In this document: positions 45,344 through 54,636 of the stretch, piece after piece
Position numbering within the stretch: the first letter of the stretch is position 1
Layout of the letters: each line of letters begins with the position of its first letter
Assembly: GCA_963718875.1 (NCBI GenBank)
Contig: OY970378.1
Coordinates: 1,011,691-1,075,690, forward strand
DNA from: Candidatus Parcubacteria bacterium
Lineage (GTDB): Bacteria > Patescibacteriota > Saccharimonadia > UBA4664 > JBIOIQ01
Length of the DNA stretch: 64,000 nt
Direction of reading: 5' to 3'
Made by a program: the position numbers and the translations under genes
Notes under the pieces: model-generated
What the model saw: the letters and a program-made list of their open reading frames with translations, nothing else
Databases searched by the model: none
Told to the model about the DNA's origin: nothing

Positions 45344-45447
45344 AAGGAGAGACGCGCATGACAGGGCGCTTTAAGTTGCACGGGTGCCTCCCGTGTCGAT
45401 AGTAATTGTTACTCAAAAGCCGATTACACGGGAGGCACCCGTGCAAC
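45344..45447 (+). promoter_or_regulatory. purL leader: SD plus 14-codon mini-ORF (45358-45402) running into a perfect 22-bp inverted repeat (45375-45396 / 45426-45447)
   Basis: AAGGAGA-8nt-ATG encodes MTGRFKLHGCLPCR; left arm GTTGCACGGGTGCCTCCCGTGT, 29-nt loop, right arm exact reverse complement; about 60 nt upstream of purL. Confidence 0.35.
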
Positions 45448-45507
45448 TATGGCATGACATGGATGGCTTGATCGCTTATACTGCCTTTATATAAAGGTAG
45501 TCAGCGG

Positions 45508-48477
45508 TTGGCAGACGTGCACAAAATTGAAGTCATACCCAAAACCAGTGACTCGCGAGCCGAGCAACTGCTGCGACTGTGGGGCGAGCAAACCAAGGGT
45601 AAAGTTAAAACTGTATGGCTGCGCGACGCCTACACTATTACAAAACCACTCGACTCCAAACAGGCCGGAAATGTGGCGGCAATGCTAACCAACCCGGTAA
45701 CCCAAACCGTAGAAGTCCACCCTGACACCCGTCATGGAGTGCCTCAAGAAGCTTTTGATTGGTCAATTGAAATCGGTTATTTGCCTGGTGTAACAGATAA
45801 CGTTGGCCATACCGCCAGGGTTAGTATCGAAGATTTGCTGGGTACCCCTTTTGTAGATCAGGAGGCGGTTTACTCATCGCAGATTATTTTAATTGAAGCC
45901 GAGCTTGACCGGGCTGAGGTAGATGATTTGGCAGCGGGGCTGGCGAACCGTTTGATTCAACGTATCGTTGTGCAATCGCATAGTGCTTGGGAAGATGGCG
46001 AAGCTGCTAAAATTGTGGTGCCTCAGGTTAAACTAAAACCGCCTGCCCCACCCACATTGATTGACCTAGATGTGAGTGATGATGAACTGGTAGCAATCGG
46101 CCAAAAGGGCATCGCAAATGAAAACGGCAATCGCCGCGGCCCGCTGGCTCTAGACCTAGCTAGCATGAAAGCAATTCAAGCCTACTTTGCCAAGCTGGAG
46201 CGCAAGCCGACAGACATTGAACTTGAATCCATAGCCCAGACTTGGTCTGAACATTGTAAACACACTATTTTTGCTGGACCATTGGATGAAATTGAAGACG
46301 GAATTTACAAAACCTACATCAAAGCTGCCACCCAAAAGGTACGAGCCGACAAAGGCAGTCGGGATCTGTGCGTTTCAGTGTTTACCGATAACGCCGGAGC
46401 CATTCGGTTCGATGATGACTATCTTGTAACACATAAAGTTGAAACCCATAATAGCCCGTCGGCACTGGATCCGTTTGGTGGCGCAATTACCGGTATTGTA
46501 GGCGTTAACCGCGACACCATGGGGTTTGGGATGGGCGCAAAACCAGTCATAAACGTCTATGGTTTTTGCTTGGCCGATCCAGAAGACAAAGCACTGCTCT
46601 ATCGCGACCCAAAGCTAACATCGGCCATGCTTCCGCCGGCCCGGATTATGAGCGGGGTGATTGCAGGAGTAAATGCCGGTGGTAACCAATCGGGTATCCC
46701 CTCCCCTCAGGGCTTCATGTTTTTCGATGAGCGCTATAAGGGAAAGCCACTGGTATTCGCAGGTACGCTGGGAATTATTCCGAACAAAGTCGGGGGCAAA
46801 GATTCCCACGAAAAGCAGGCTCGTCCAGGAGATTTAATCGTAGTCATGGGCGGACGCGTAGGCCTAGATGGCATTCATGGTGCCACATTTGCTTCGGTCG
46901 CATTAGATGAAGATAGTCCAGCAGCAGCAGTCCAAATAGGCGACCCGATTACCCAAAAGAAAATGAGCGATGCTTTGATCAAAGAGGCCCGCGATGCAGG
47001 ATTGTATTCGAGTATTACCGATAACGGCGCCGGTGGATTGTCCTGTAGTGTGGCCGAAATGGCCAAAGAAGCCGGTGGTTTTGAGGTGCAAATTGAAAAA
47101 GTGCCGTTAAAGTATCCTAACCTGGCCCCTTGGCAAACCTGGGTGTCTGAGAGCCAGGAGCGAATGACCCTGTCGGTGCCGGCAGAGCATTGGGAAGCGC
47201 TCAACGACCTGATGAAGAGTCGTGGTGTAGAGGCGATGGTGATCGGAACCTTTACTGATACTGGACGCGGGTTGGTGACGGACGACGGGGAAACGGTACT
47301 CGACATTGACTTGGAGTTTTTACATGATGGGCTGCCAAAAACGGCGCGTTCAAGCAATAATTACCACCCGCCGAAGGTAGCTGAATCAACATTGCCTGAG
47401 CCAAGCGATTGGAACCAGGCAGTACTTAAATTATTGGGGTCGTTGAATTTGGCTAGCTTTGAGTTTTTATCAAGCCAATACGATCACGAGGTTCAGGCCG
47501 GTTCGGTGTTAAAACCGCTCCAGGGGCGCGGAAGGGTTAACTCGGAGGCAAGTGTAACGCGTCCGGTTTTGTCCTCGCCCAAGGGGGTGGTTTTGTCGCA
47601 AGGCCTTTACCCGTCTTACAGCGAAATGGATCCTTACGCAATGGCGGCAGCTAGCATCGACACGGCCATTCGTAACGTTGTGGCAGCTGGTGCGGATCCT
47701 GACACAATTGCACTTCTGGATAATTTTTGCTGGTGCAGCTCTAATGATCCTGAACGTTTGGGCCAACTCAAACTAGCAGCCCAAGCCTGCTATGACTATG
47801 CCGTAGCATTTGGAGCGCCGTTTATATCTGGTAAAGACAGTATGTTTAACGACTTTAAAGGCTTTGACGCGAACGGTAACCCAATTCAAATTTCCATACC
47901 CCCTACTTTGCTTGTTTCCAGTATGGGGTTGATTAATGATGCTAGTAAGGCAGTATCGATTGATCTTAAAAAAGCCGGTGATGTGATTTACTTGCTCGGA
48001 GAAACGGCCGACGAGTTAGGGGGATCAGAATACTCGCGAGTTGCTGAGTTGTCAGGCGGCCAGGTACCGCAGGTAGACGCTAAGCGTAATTTACCCATTT
48101 ACCAGTCGTTGGCTCGAGCAATTAATAGAGATTTGGTGGCTTCAAGTATAAGCGTGACCCGCGGTGGCCTGGCAATGGCAGTGGTGAAGACGGCCCTTGC
48201 AGGGCGACTGGGAGTGAACGTTTCGATTGATGAGATACCTGGAGCTGCCTCTGGTTCTGTAGCTAGATTGTTTAGCGAGTCGCAAGGCCGGATAGTGGTT
48301 TCAGTGGCTCCGGAAAACCAAGCCGCTTTTGAGAAAGAAATGGGGTCGACTATGGGTCAGATTGGGTCTGTCACGGATGATGGTGCGATTACGATCACAG
48401 CGAATGGATCAGTTTTAGTGAAAGTGCCAGTCGACGATGCGCTCGAAACATATCGAAAAAGGTTTAAAGACGTATGA
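45508..48477 (+). CDS. purL: phosphoribosylformylglycinamidine synthase subunit PurL with an N-terminal PurS-like extension (989 aa)
   Basis: core small-PurL motifs (WSEHCKH, AIR-synthase-like domains); about 200 extra N-terminal residues with a PurS-like ...AAGLANRLIQRIVV tail; TTG or GTG start. Confidence 0.8.
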   Translation: MADVHKIEVIPKTSDSRAEQLLRLWGEQTKGKVKTVWLRDAYTITKPLDSKQAGNVAAMLTNPVTQTVEVHPDTRHGVPQEAFDWSIEIGYLPGVTDNVGHTARVSIEDLLGTPFVDQEAVYSSQIILIEAELDRAEVDDLAAGLANRLIQRIVVQSHSAWEDGEAAKIVVPQVKLKPPAPPTLIDLDVSDDELVAIGQKGIANENGNRRGPLALDLASMKAIQAYFAKLERKPTDIELESIAQTWSEHCKHTIFAGPLDEIEDGIYKTYIKAATQKVRADKGSRDLCVSVFTDNAGAIRFDDDYLVTHKVETHNSPSALDPFGGAITGIVGVNRDTMGFGMGAKPVINVYGFCLADPEDKALLYRDPKLTSAMLPPARIMSGVIAGVNAGGNQSGIPSPQGFMFFDERYKGKPLVFAGTLGIIPNKVGGKDSHEKQARPGDLIVVMGGRVGLDGIHGATFASVALDEDSPAAAVQIGDPITQKKMSDALIKEARDAGLYSSITDNGAGGLSCSVAEMAKEAGGFEVQIEKVPLKYPNLAPWQTWVSESQERMTLSVPAEHWEALNDLMKSRGVEAMVIGTFTDTGRGLVTDDGETVLDIDLEFLHDGLPKTARSSNNYHPPKVAESTLPEPSDWNQAVLKLLGSLNLASFEFLSSQYDHEVQAGSVLKPLQGRGRVNSEASVTRPVLSSPKGVVLSQGLYPSYSEMDPYAMAAASIDTAIRNVVAAGADPDTIALLDNFCWCSSNDPERLGQLKLAAQACYDYAVAFGAPFISGKDSMFNDFKGFDANGNPIQISIPPTLLVSSMGLINDASKAVSIDLKKAGDVIYLLGETADELGGSEYSRVAELSGGQVPQVDAKRNLPIYQSLARAINRDLVASSISVTRGGLAMAVVKTALAGRLGVNVSIDEIPGAASGSVARLFSESQGRIVVSVAPENQAAFEKEMGSTMGQIGSVTDDGAITITANGSVLVKVPVDDALETYRKRFKDV

Positions 48478-49274
48478 GCACTCCAAAAGTGATAGTTTTA
48501 TCGGGCTATGGGCTCAACTGCGAGGAAGAAACAGCGTTTGCTTTTGGCCTGGCTGGAGCCAAGGCTGATATTGTTCATATTAATGATCTGATTGCTCAAC
48601 CAGCACGGTTGAATGACTATCAAATAATGGCCCTCCCTGGCGGATTTTCATACGGAGACGACACTGGATCTGGTAATGCGTATGCCAATAAACTGCGCCA
48701 CCACCTGGGTGATGCCTTGCATGAGTTTGTAGCCCGGGAGACCTTGCTGATTGGGATTTGTAACGGGTTTCAAATTATCTCTAATTTGGGCCTTGTTCCG
48801 GCCACTGATAAAAGTTATGCAACACCTACGGTCGCTCTAACCACTAACACCAATGCCCGTTACCTCGACCGCTGGGTCGATTTGAAATCGGACAGCCAGT
48901 CGCCCTGGCTAACTGGAATTGGAACATTGTCTCTTCCGATTGCCCATGGCGAAGGCAAGCTATTTACTGACAAAGCAGTTCTTGACGCGTTAAAGGCCAA
49001 TGGGCAAATGGCTCTTAGGTACATGAAAGGTGAGGTTTGCGAATACTTGGATCTACCGGCCAACCCCAACGGATCACTAGAGGACATTGCAGCCATTACT
49101 GATTTGACGGGGCGAATCCTGGGCATGATGCCACATCCAGAACGGGCAATGTTCTTTACTCAGTTGCCACATTGGCCAGCTTTGGCCGACGAATTGCGCC
49201 GTGAAGAAAAACCGCTACCCCAGTCCGGACCAGGGCTACAATTATTCAAAAATGCAGTGGAATGGTTTAGATAA
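48474..49274 (+). CDS. purQ: phosphoribosylformylglycinamidine synthase glutaminase subunit
   Basis: class I amidotransferase triad (GICNGFQ ... HPE); 4-nt overlap with purL. Confidence 0.8.
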   Translation: MSTPKVIVLSGYGLNCEEETAFAFGLAGAKADIVHINDLIAQPARLNDYQIMALPGGFSYGDDTGSGNAYANKLRHHLGDALHEFVARETLLIGICNGFQIISNLGLVPATDKSYATPTVALTTNTNARYLDRWVDLKSDSQSPWLTGIGTLSLPIAHGEGKLFTDKAVLDALKANGQMALRYMKGEVCEYLDLPANPNGSLEDIAAITDLTGRILGMMPHPERAMFFTQLPHWPALADELRREEKPLPQSGPGLQLFKNAVEWFR

Positions 49275-49352
49275 ACTCGGGTCAGGGAGAAGGAGAACAA
49301 CTTCGTCCCCTTCTCCCTGCGAACTGCTGCATCACTAGGCCGCATTGGCAGC

Positions 49353-49571
49353 CTAGAAGGCCTTGAACGGGAAGAGCTCGATGCCTCCACCGGGCAAGGG
49401 CGCCGTCACGAAGACTCTTTCTGTCGCGTTTGGCCAAACGCATGCCAGAGCCCATAAAGCCGACTGAGCCAACACTAAGGCCTCAGAAAGCGTCATGGGA
49501 TCAGCCGGAAACGGTTTAAAACCTTCTGGGGCTTCGAACGCCACTCCCCAGTGGGCTTTATCGTTAGCCAC
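49353..49571 (-). CDS. hypothetical small protein
   Basis: 72 aa; GTG start with AAGGGAG SD; no family recognised. Confidence 0.3.
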   Translation of the reverse strand: MANDKAHWGVAFEAPEGFKPFPADPMTLSEALVLAQSALWALACVWPNATERVFVTAPLPGGGIELFPFKAF

Positions 49572-49613
49572 TTTTAGCTCCCTTCACTCGGTCGGTCATG
49601 CTAATTATGTCCT

Positions 49614-51029
49614 ATGGTAAGATTAAAAACAATGAAACCTGATTACGGGAGCTATCAATCTTATTTAAGTTTTCGGTATAGTTCGCCAGAGATGCGGCGG
49701 ATTTTTGGGGATGAATATAAATATCAAGTGTATCGCAAACTGTGGGTGGCGCTGGCAGAGTCTGAACATAACGCCGGTTTAGTGAGCGCCGAGGAGCTGG
49801 CGGACCTCAAAAAATATCAAAACGACATCGACATTGACCGTATTTACCAAATTGAACGCGAAGAAACCGACCATGTTGAGGTAGCCGCTATTCGAGAATT
49901 TGCCGAGAAAGCTCGGGTGGGCGGAGGTAAGATTCACTTGGGAGCTACCAGCATGGATTTGTCGGACAACGTGGAAGTTGTGCGGCATCATGAGGCCTTG
50001 GATCTGATCGAGACCCGCTTGAAGGATGTCATGGCCGCCTTTTCCGATCAGATCACTGCCCATGCCGATGAGCCGTGCATGGGCTACACTCACTTGCAGC
50101 CGGCCGAGCCCACCACTATTGGCTATCGGCTGGCGTTTTATGTTCAAGACCTGCTGATAGATTTGAAACAGCTGCGATTTGTTCGGGAACACCTGCTCGG
50201 TAAAGGCATGAAGGGGGCGGTGGGAACACGTGCGAGTTATGCCGCGATCTTGAATGGGTCGGGCGTTTCAGCCGCACAGTTGGACGAACAAGTAATGGGG
50301 GCGGTGGGTATAAAGGCAGCTGACGTTACCACCCAGGTGGTCTCACGCAAGATGGAATATTATCTGGTTAACTTACTGGCGAGTATTGGCTCAAGCTTGG
50401 CCAAGTTTGCAGCTGATGTGCGAATTTTGCAATCCCCAGCTTTTGGTGAGTGGAGTGAGCCATTTGGCTCCAAGCAGGTGGGGTCATCGGCTATGCCCTT
50501 CAAAAAAAACCCCATCAAAACAGAGAAAATTTGTTCGCTGGCACGCTACTTGCAAGCGCTGCCGCAGGTGATGTTGGAAAACGCTAGCTTGTCATACCTG
50601 GAACGGACGCTTGATGATTCGGCCAACCGGAGACTGGTTCTTCCGGAAGCTTTTTTACTGGCCGACGACATTTTAATGACCTCTGTAAAAGTGATCCGTG
50701 GGCTGATATATAACCAAGCAAATATCAAACGAAACTTGGATAAGTATGCACCGTTTTCGGCTACGGAGAGCTTTATTATAGAAGCCGTTAACAAAGGGGC
50801 TGACCGTCAAATGATGCATGAACATCTGCGCGACGTGGCCATGAAAGCTTGGGAAGCCGACCAGCCTGGAACTACTATGACAGAGTTGTTACAACACGAT
50901 GCGACTGTGGCAAAATACATAGACCGCACCAAGCTCAATCAACTATTGGACGTTTCGCACCATTTGGGTGATGCCCCCGAACGTGCTCGTCAAATGGTGG
51001 AAACGATTCAAAAGGAAATTAAGTTATGA
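49614..51029 (+). CDS. purB: adenylosuccinate lyase
   Basis: fumarate-lyase signature GSSAMPFKKNP; YSSPEMRRIFG N-terminus; true start may lie a few codons inside the ORF. Confidence 0.8.
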   Translation: MVRLKTMKPDYGSYQSYLSFRYSSPEMRRIFGDEYKYQVYRKLWVALAESEHNAGLVSAEELADLKKYQNDIDIDRIYQIEREETDHVEVAAIREFAEKARVGGGKIHLGATSMDLSDNVEVVRHHEALDLIETRLKDVMAAFSDQITAHADEPCMGYTHLQPAEPTTIGYRLAFYVQDLLIDLKQLRFVREHLLGKGMKGAVGTRASYAAILNGSGVSAAQLDEQVMGAVGIKAADVTTQVVSRKMEYYLVNLLASIGSSLAKFAADVRILQSPAFGEWSEPFGSKQVGSSAMPFKKNPIKTEKICSLARYLQALPQVMLENASLSYLERTLDDSANRRLVLPEAFLLADDILMTSVKVIRGLIYNQANIKRNLDKYAPFSATESFIIEAVNKGADRQMMHEHLRDVAMKAWEADQPGTTMTELLQHDATVAKYIDRTKLNQLLDVSHHLGDAPERARQMVETIQKEIKL

Positions 51030-52144
51030 AGAATCGCATCGGCATCATTGGCGGTGGGCAGCTGGCGCGTATGATGGATGCACCGGCCAAACAACTAGGC
51101 TTTAGCATTGTGGTACTAGATCCCACGCCCGACAGCCCGGCCGGCCAGGTCGTTCATAGGCAAATCGTCGGCGATTACGAAGATGCTGTATCTATTGCGG
51201 CGCTAGGCAAGGAAGCTGATTTTGTGACATTTGAGTCCGAGGTGGCTAACTGGGCTGCCCTTGACGCGTTAAGTGCTCAAGTAAACCCACCTGCATCCAC
51301 TTTAGAAGTTATGGTAAATAAGCTCAAACAAAAACAGCTTTTGCAAAGGTTGGGGGTTACAACGCCCGATTTTCGAGAAGTTTTTGATAGTCAAGGAGTA
51401 CTCAATGCTGCTGCAGAATTGGATTATCCTTTGATGCTCAAAGCCGCCGTTAATGCCTACGATGGGCGCGGAAACTTTTTGATTAATGGTCCAGAAGACG
51501 TTGATATAGCGTTAAACAAATTGGGTGGTCAAGTACTATATGTCGAAAAGTTCGTTCCTTTTAGCAAGGAACTCGCAATTATGGTGGCGCGTAACATTGA
51601 CGGAGAGATTGCCACTCATCCGTTAGTAGAAAATATCCATCGTAACCATATTTTGCACGAGACTTTGGCCCCCGCCCCTGTTAAGGATGATATACGCCAA
51701 AAAGCCGAAAATTTTGCCACTACCGTAATGCATCAGCTCGAAGGAGCGGGAATATTTGGTATTGAAATGTTTTTGACATCAGACGGAGAGGTTCTTATTA
51801 ATGAAATTGCACCACGGGTCCACAATAGCGGACACTATACCATCGAAGCTTGTAAAACCTCTCAGTTTGAGCAGCACATTCGCGCCATCACGGGACTACC
51901 CTTAGGGCAGACCGATATGACCGTCCCTGCTGCAGTCATGGTGAATATTTTGGGCGAACGCAGTGGCCCCGCACAGGTAGACGGCCTCACCAGAGCGCAA
52001 GAAATTCCTGGTGTATCGATACATATATATGGTAAAAAAGACACACGTCCGGAGCGTAAGATGGGACACATTACAGCCGTGGCCAAGACGCTAGATGCAG
52101 CGCTGGCTAACGCGCGTGCCGCCCGGGCATTAATAAGGATTTAA
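51026..52144 (+). CDS. purK: N5-carboxyaminoimidazole ribonucleotide synthase
   Basis: ATP-grasp; N-terminus IGIIGGGQLARMM; directly upstream of purE. Confidence 0.75.
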   Translation: MKNRIGIIGGGQLARMMDAPAKQLGFSIVVLDPTPDSPAGQVVHRQIVGDYEDAVSIAALGKEADFVTFESEVANWAALDALSAQVNPPASTLEVMVNKLKQKQLLQRLGVTTPDFREVFDSQGVLNAAAELDYPLMLKAAVNAYDGRGNFLINGPEDVDIALNKLGGQVLYVEKFVPFSKELAIMVARNIDGEIATHPLVENIHRNHILHETLAPAPVKDDIRQKAENFATTVMHQLEGAGIFGIEMFLTSDGEVLINEIAPRVHNSGHYTIEACKTSQFEQHIRAITGLPLGQTDMTVPAAVMVNILGERSGPAQVDGLTRAQEIPGVSIHIYGKKDTRPERKMGHITAVAKTLDAALANARAARALIRI

Positions 52145-52147
52145 TCT

Positions 52148-52669
52148 ATGGCAGACCCAATTGTAGGAATTATTATGGGCTCAGATTCTGATTTACCGTT
52201 AATGTCGGGGGCGGCCGAAGTACTTGAGAAACTTGGCATCGCTAGTGAAGTCACTATTATTTCAGCCCACCGCACACCGGAACGCATGTTTGAATATGCC
52301 CAAACTGCTCACGAACGAGGGATCAAAGTAATTATTGCTGGCGCAGGTGGAGCAGTGCACTTGCCCGGCATGGTTGCCGCCTTGGCTCCCCTGCCCGTTA
52401 TTGGTGTACCTAGAGCACTGAAAAATTTGGACGGTTTAGATTCGCTTTTATCAATTGTACAAATGCCGCCCGGTATTCCCGTAGCTACAATCTCAATAGA
52501 CGGAGCTAAAAACGCTGGGCTACTTGCGGCGCGGATTTTGGCAGTAAACGACGAGACTTTATGGCAAAGTCTCGTCGAATATCAGTCCAACTTGAAAAAT
52601 GAGGTATTGAAAAAAGCTAAGAAACTCGAGAGCATTGGCTATGAGTCTTACTTGGAAGAACAACAATAA
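52148..52669 (+). CDS. purE: N5-carboxyaminoimidazole ribonucleotide mutase
   Basis: [12 protein letters not shown] ... ISAHRTP ... [12 protein letters not shown] PurE signatures. Confidence 0.85.
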   Translation: MADPIVGIIMGSDSDLPLMSGAAEVLEKLGIASEVTIISAHRTPERMFEYAQTAHERGIKVIIAGAGGAVHLPGMVAALAPLPVIGVPRALKNLDGLDSLLSIVQMPPGIPVATISIDGAKNAGLLAARILAVNDETLWQSLVEYQSNLKNEVLKKAKKLESIGYESYLEEQQ

Positions 52670-52778
52670 TGTCATTTCAACTTACTTCTGTCATCCTCCG
52701 GCTTGACAGGAGGATCTATCTGGATACGTGCTTCGGCCCTTCGACAAGCTCAGGGAGTAAATTGGAGGGTAAAGTATC

Positions 52779-53756
52779 GTGATTTCAAAGAAAGACATTA
52801 TTGCCGCCATCCCTCACGCGCTAGAGGCGGTGGACTTGCCGGGATTGGGACCAAAACAAAATGGAAAGGTGCGGGACTTTTACGCCTATGGCGGTAAGCG
52901 AATCACTGTAACTACTGACCGCCAATCGGCCTTTGACCAAATGTTGGGACATGTGCCGTTTAAGGGGTCGGTCTTAAATTTGCTGGCGGCCTGGTGGTTT
53001 GAGCAAACTCGGGCGATTGTGCCAAATCATCTGGTGTCCGTTCCGGATCCTAATGTTTTGGTGTCGCAGGAGTGCCAGGCGATTCCGGTGGAGATGATTG
53101 TGCGCGGATACATGAGCGGGGTGACCAAAACGTCGATTTGGTACTCCTACCAACAAGGTGAGCGACAGATTTACGGGTTGGATTTTCCAGATGGGTTGGT
53201 CAAAAATCAGGAGCTACCATCGCCAGCGATTACACCCACGACTCATGGTGGAGGGGCCGATGGGCACGACGAGCGATTGACGCGGGATGAGATCATTGGT
53301 CGAGAAATTGTCGAGGAATCACTGTACAAAGAGATGGAGAGGGCCAGTCTGGAACTGTTCAAATTTGGCGGCGAAAGAGCCAAGGAGCGAGGGTTGATTC
53401 TGGTAGATACCAAATACGAATTTGGGCTTTATGAAGGTAAACTGATGTTGATTGATGAGGTTCATACGCCAGATTCGTCGCGGTTCTGGAAGGCTGGTAG
53501 TTACCATGAACTACTCTCGGCTGGGCAAGAACCGGAAAATTTTGATAAGGAGTTTATTCGGCTGTGGTACGCAGACAAAGGCTACCGTGGTGACGGACCA
53601 GCCGAACCGATGAGTAAAGACTTGGTTGTTCAGGCTGCCGAGCGATACATTGGCGTATACGAGATGCTGACCGGGAAGACGTTTGAGCCTTATGAGTATC
53701 CGATTGAAGAGCGAATTCAAGAGTCGGTTCGGAGCTACATCAATGGCAGCGGTTGA
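52779..53756 (+). CDS. purC: SAICAR synthetase, long (about 325 aa) type
   Basis: GKVRDFY ... LILVDTKYEFG PurC motifs; longer than the approximately 240-aa bacterial form. Confidence 0.75.
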   Translation: MISKKDIIAAIPHALEAVDLPGLGPKQNGKVRDFYAYGGKRITVTTDRQSAFDQMLGHVPFKGSVLNLLAAWWFEQTRAIVPNHLVSVPDPNVLVSQECQAIPVEMIVRGYMSGVTKTSIWYSYQQGERQIYGLDFPDGLVKNQELPSPAITPTTHGGGADGHDERLTRDEIIGREIVEESLYKEMERASLELFKFGGERAKERGLILVDTKYEFGLYEGKLMLIDEVHTPDSSRFWKAGSYHELLSAGQEPENFDKEFIRLWYADKGYRGDGPAEPMSKDLVVQAAERYIGVYEMLTGKTFEPYEYPIEERIQESVRSYINGSG

Positions 53757-54636
53757 AGCAAAATTAGCGGCCGCCAAAGCTACCCGCAAGATGGCGGCCG
53801 ACTCACTACACCAGGCCTTGAGCGATCTTTTGCCGGGTTCTGAACCGATTTCCGAGGTGCGCTTACGCGACCGGTGGCTGACGATTATGCGCTCGAGTGG
53901 TACGATTTACGATGATGGCTGGTACATGCCGCCGCCACATGGTATGGCGGTGCTTTTTAGCACGGATGAGGACATTTCGCGGACCAATTTCGAGGTGTTA
54001 AGGCCAGAACCCATCTGGGCTCGAGATGATATTTTTCTTGATCGTGGCAGAGGAATCATTATGGTTTATGCCTCTCCCGTTGATAGGTCGTCCCATATGA
54101 TCGGCGACTTTGAAATGATGTTATATTTTGGCGACAAGAAGTCAATTAAGGACCATTTTGCAAAGGTGCTGGCCCTTGACTACCAGGTATTTCAAAAAGT
54201 TATTGTAGGAATGACGCTGTCAGAAGTTACGGAGCTGGCAGAGTCATCGATGAGCGAGCTAGGTTTAGTGAATAATGTAGTAAGTCTCAATGATCCGGCC
54301 GGGACGAACATTGGGCATACTGTTCCGTCGACCGATCAGGATTGGACGACAGAAGAAAACGCTGTTTTTGCTCAAGGCGATTGGAAAAAAAGTTTGGACG
54401 TTATTGCCAAAAAACGCCGATTTGTAAATAAGACTGAGCAGTTCAAAGTTCAGCCAGGCCTGGGTTTCAATATCGAGCCGCGACCATTGTCAAAAGATGA
54501 TCCCAGTATCCCGATGGCATCATTTCATACTACGGTTCTGGTCCATGAAGACGGCCGCAACGAGCTGTTGACTAATTTTGATGAATTATTTGAACTGGCT
54601 GGGATGGATTACATGCCATGGTTAGCGGACTTCTAA
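53743..54636 (+). CDS. pita-bread (M24 peptidase/creatinase-like) fold protein inside the pur cluster (tentative)
   Basis: GTNIGHTVPS, GFNIEPRPL, TTVLVHEDG resemble the M24 metal-ligand blocks; start overlaps the purC end by 14 nt. Confidence 0.4.
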   Translation: MAAVEAKLAAAKATRKMAADSLHQALSDLLPGSEPISEVRLRDRWLTIMRSSGTIYDDGWYMPPPHGMAVLFSTDEDISRTNFEVLRPEPIWARDDIFLDRGRGIIMVYASPVDRSSHMIGDFEMMLYFGDKKSIKDHFAKVLALDYQVFQKVIVGMTLSEVTELAESSMSELGLVNNVVSLNDPAGTNIGHTVPSTDQDWTTEENAVFAQGDWKKSLDVIAKKRRFVNKTEQFKVQPGLGFNIEPRPLSKDDPSIPMASFHTTVLVHEDGRNELLTNFDELFELAGMDYMPWLADF

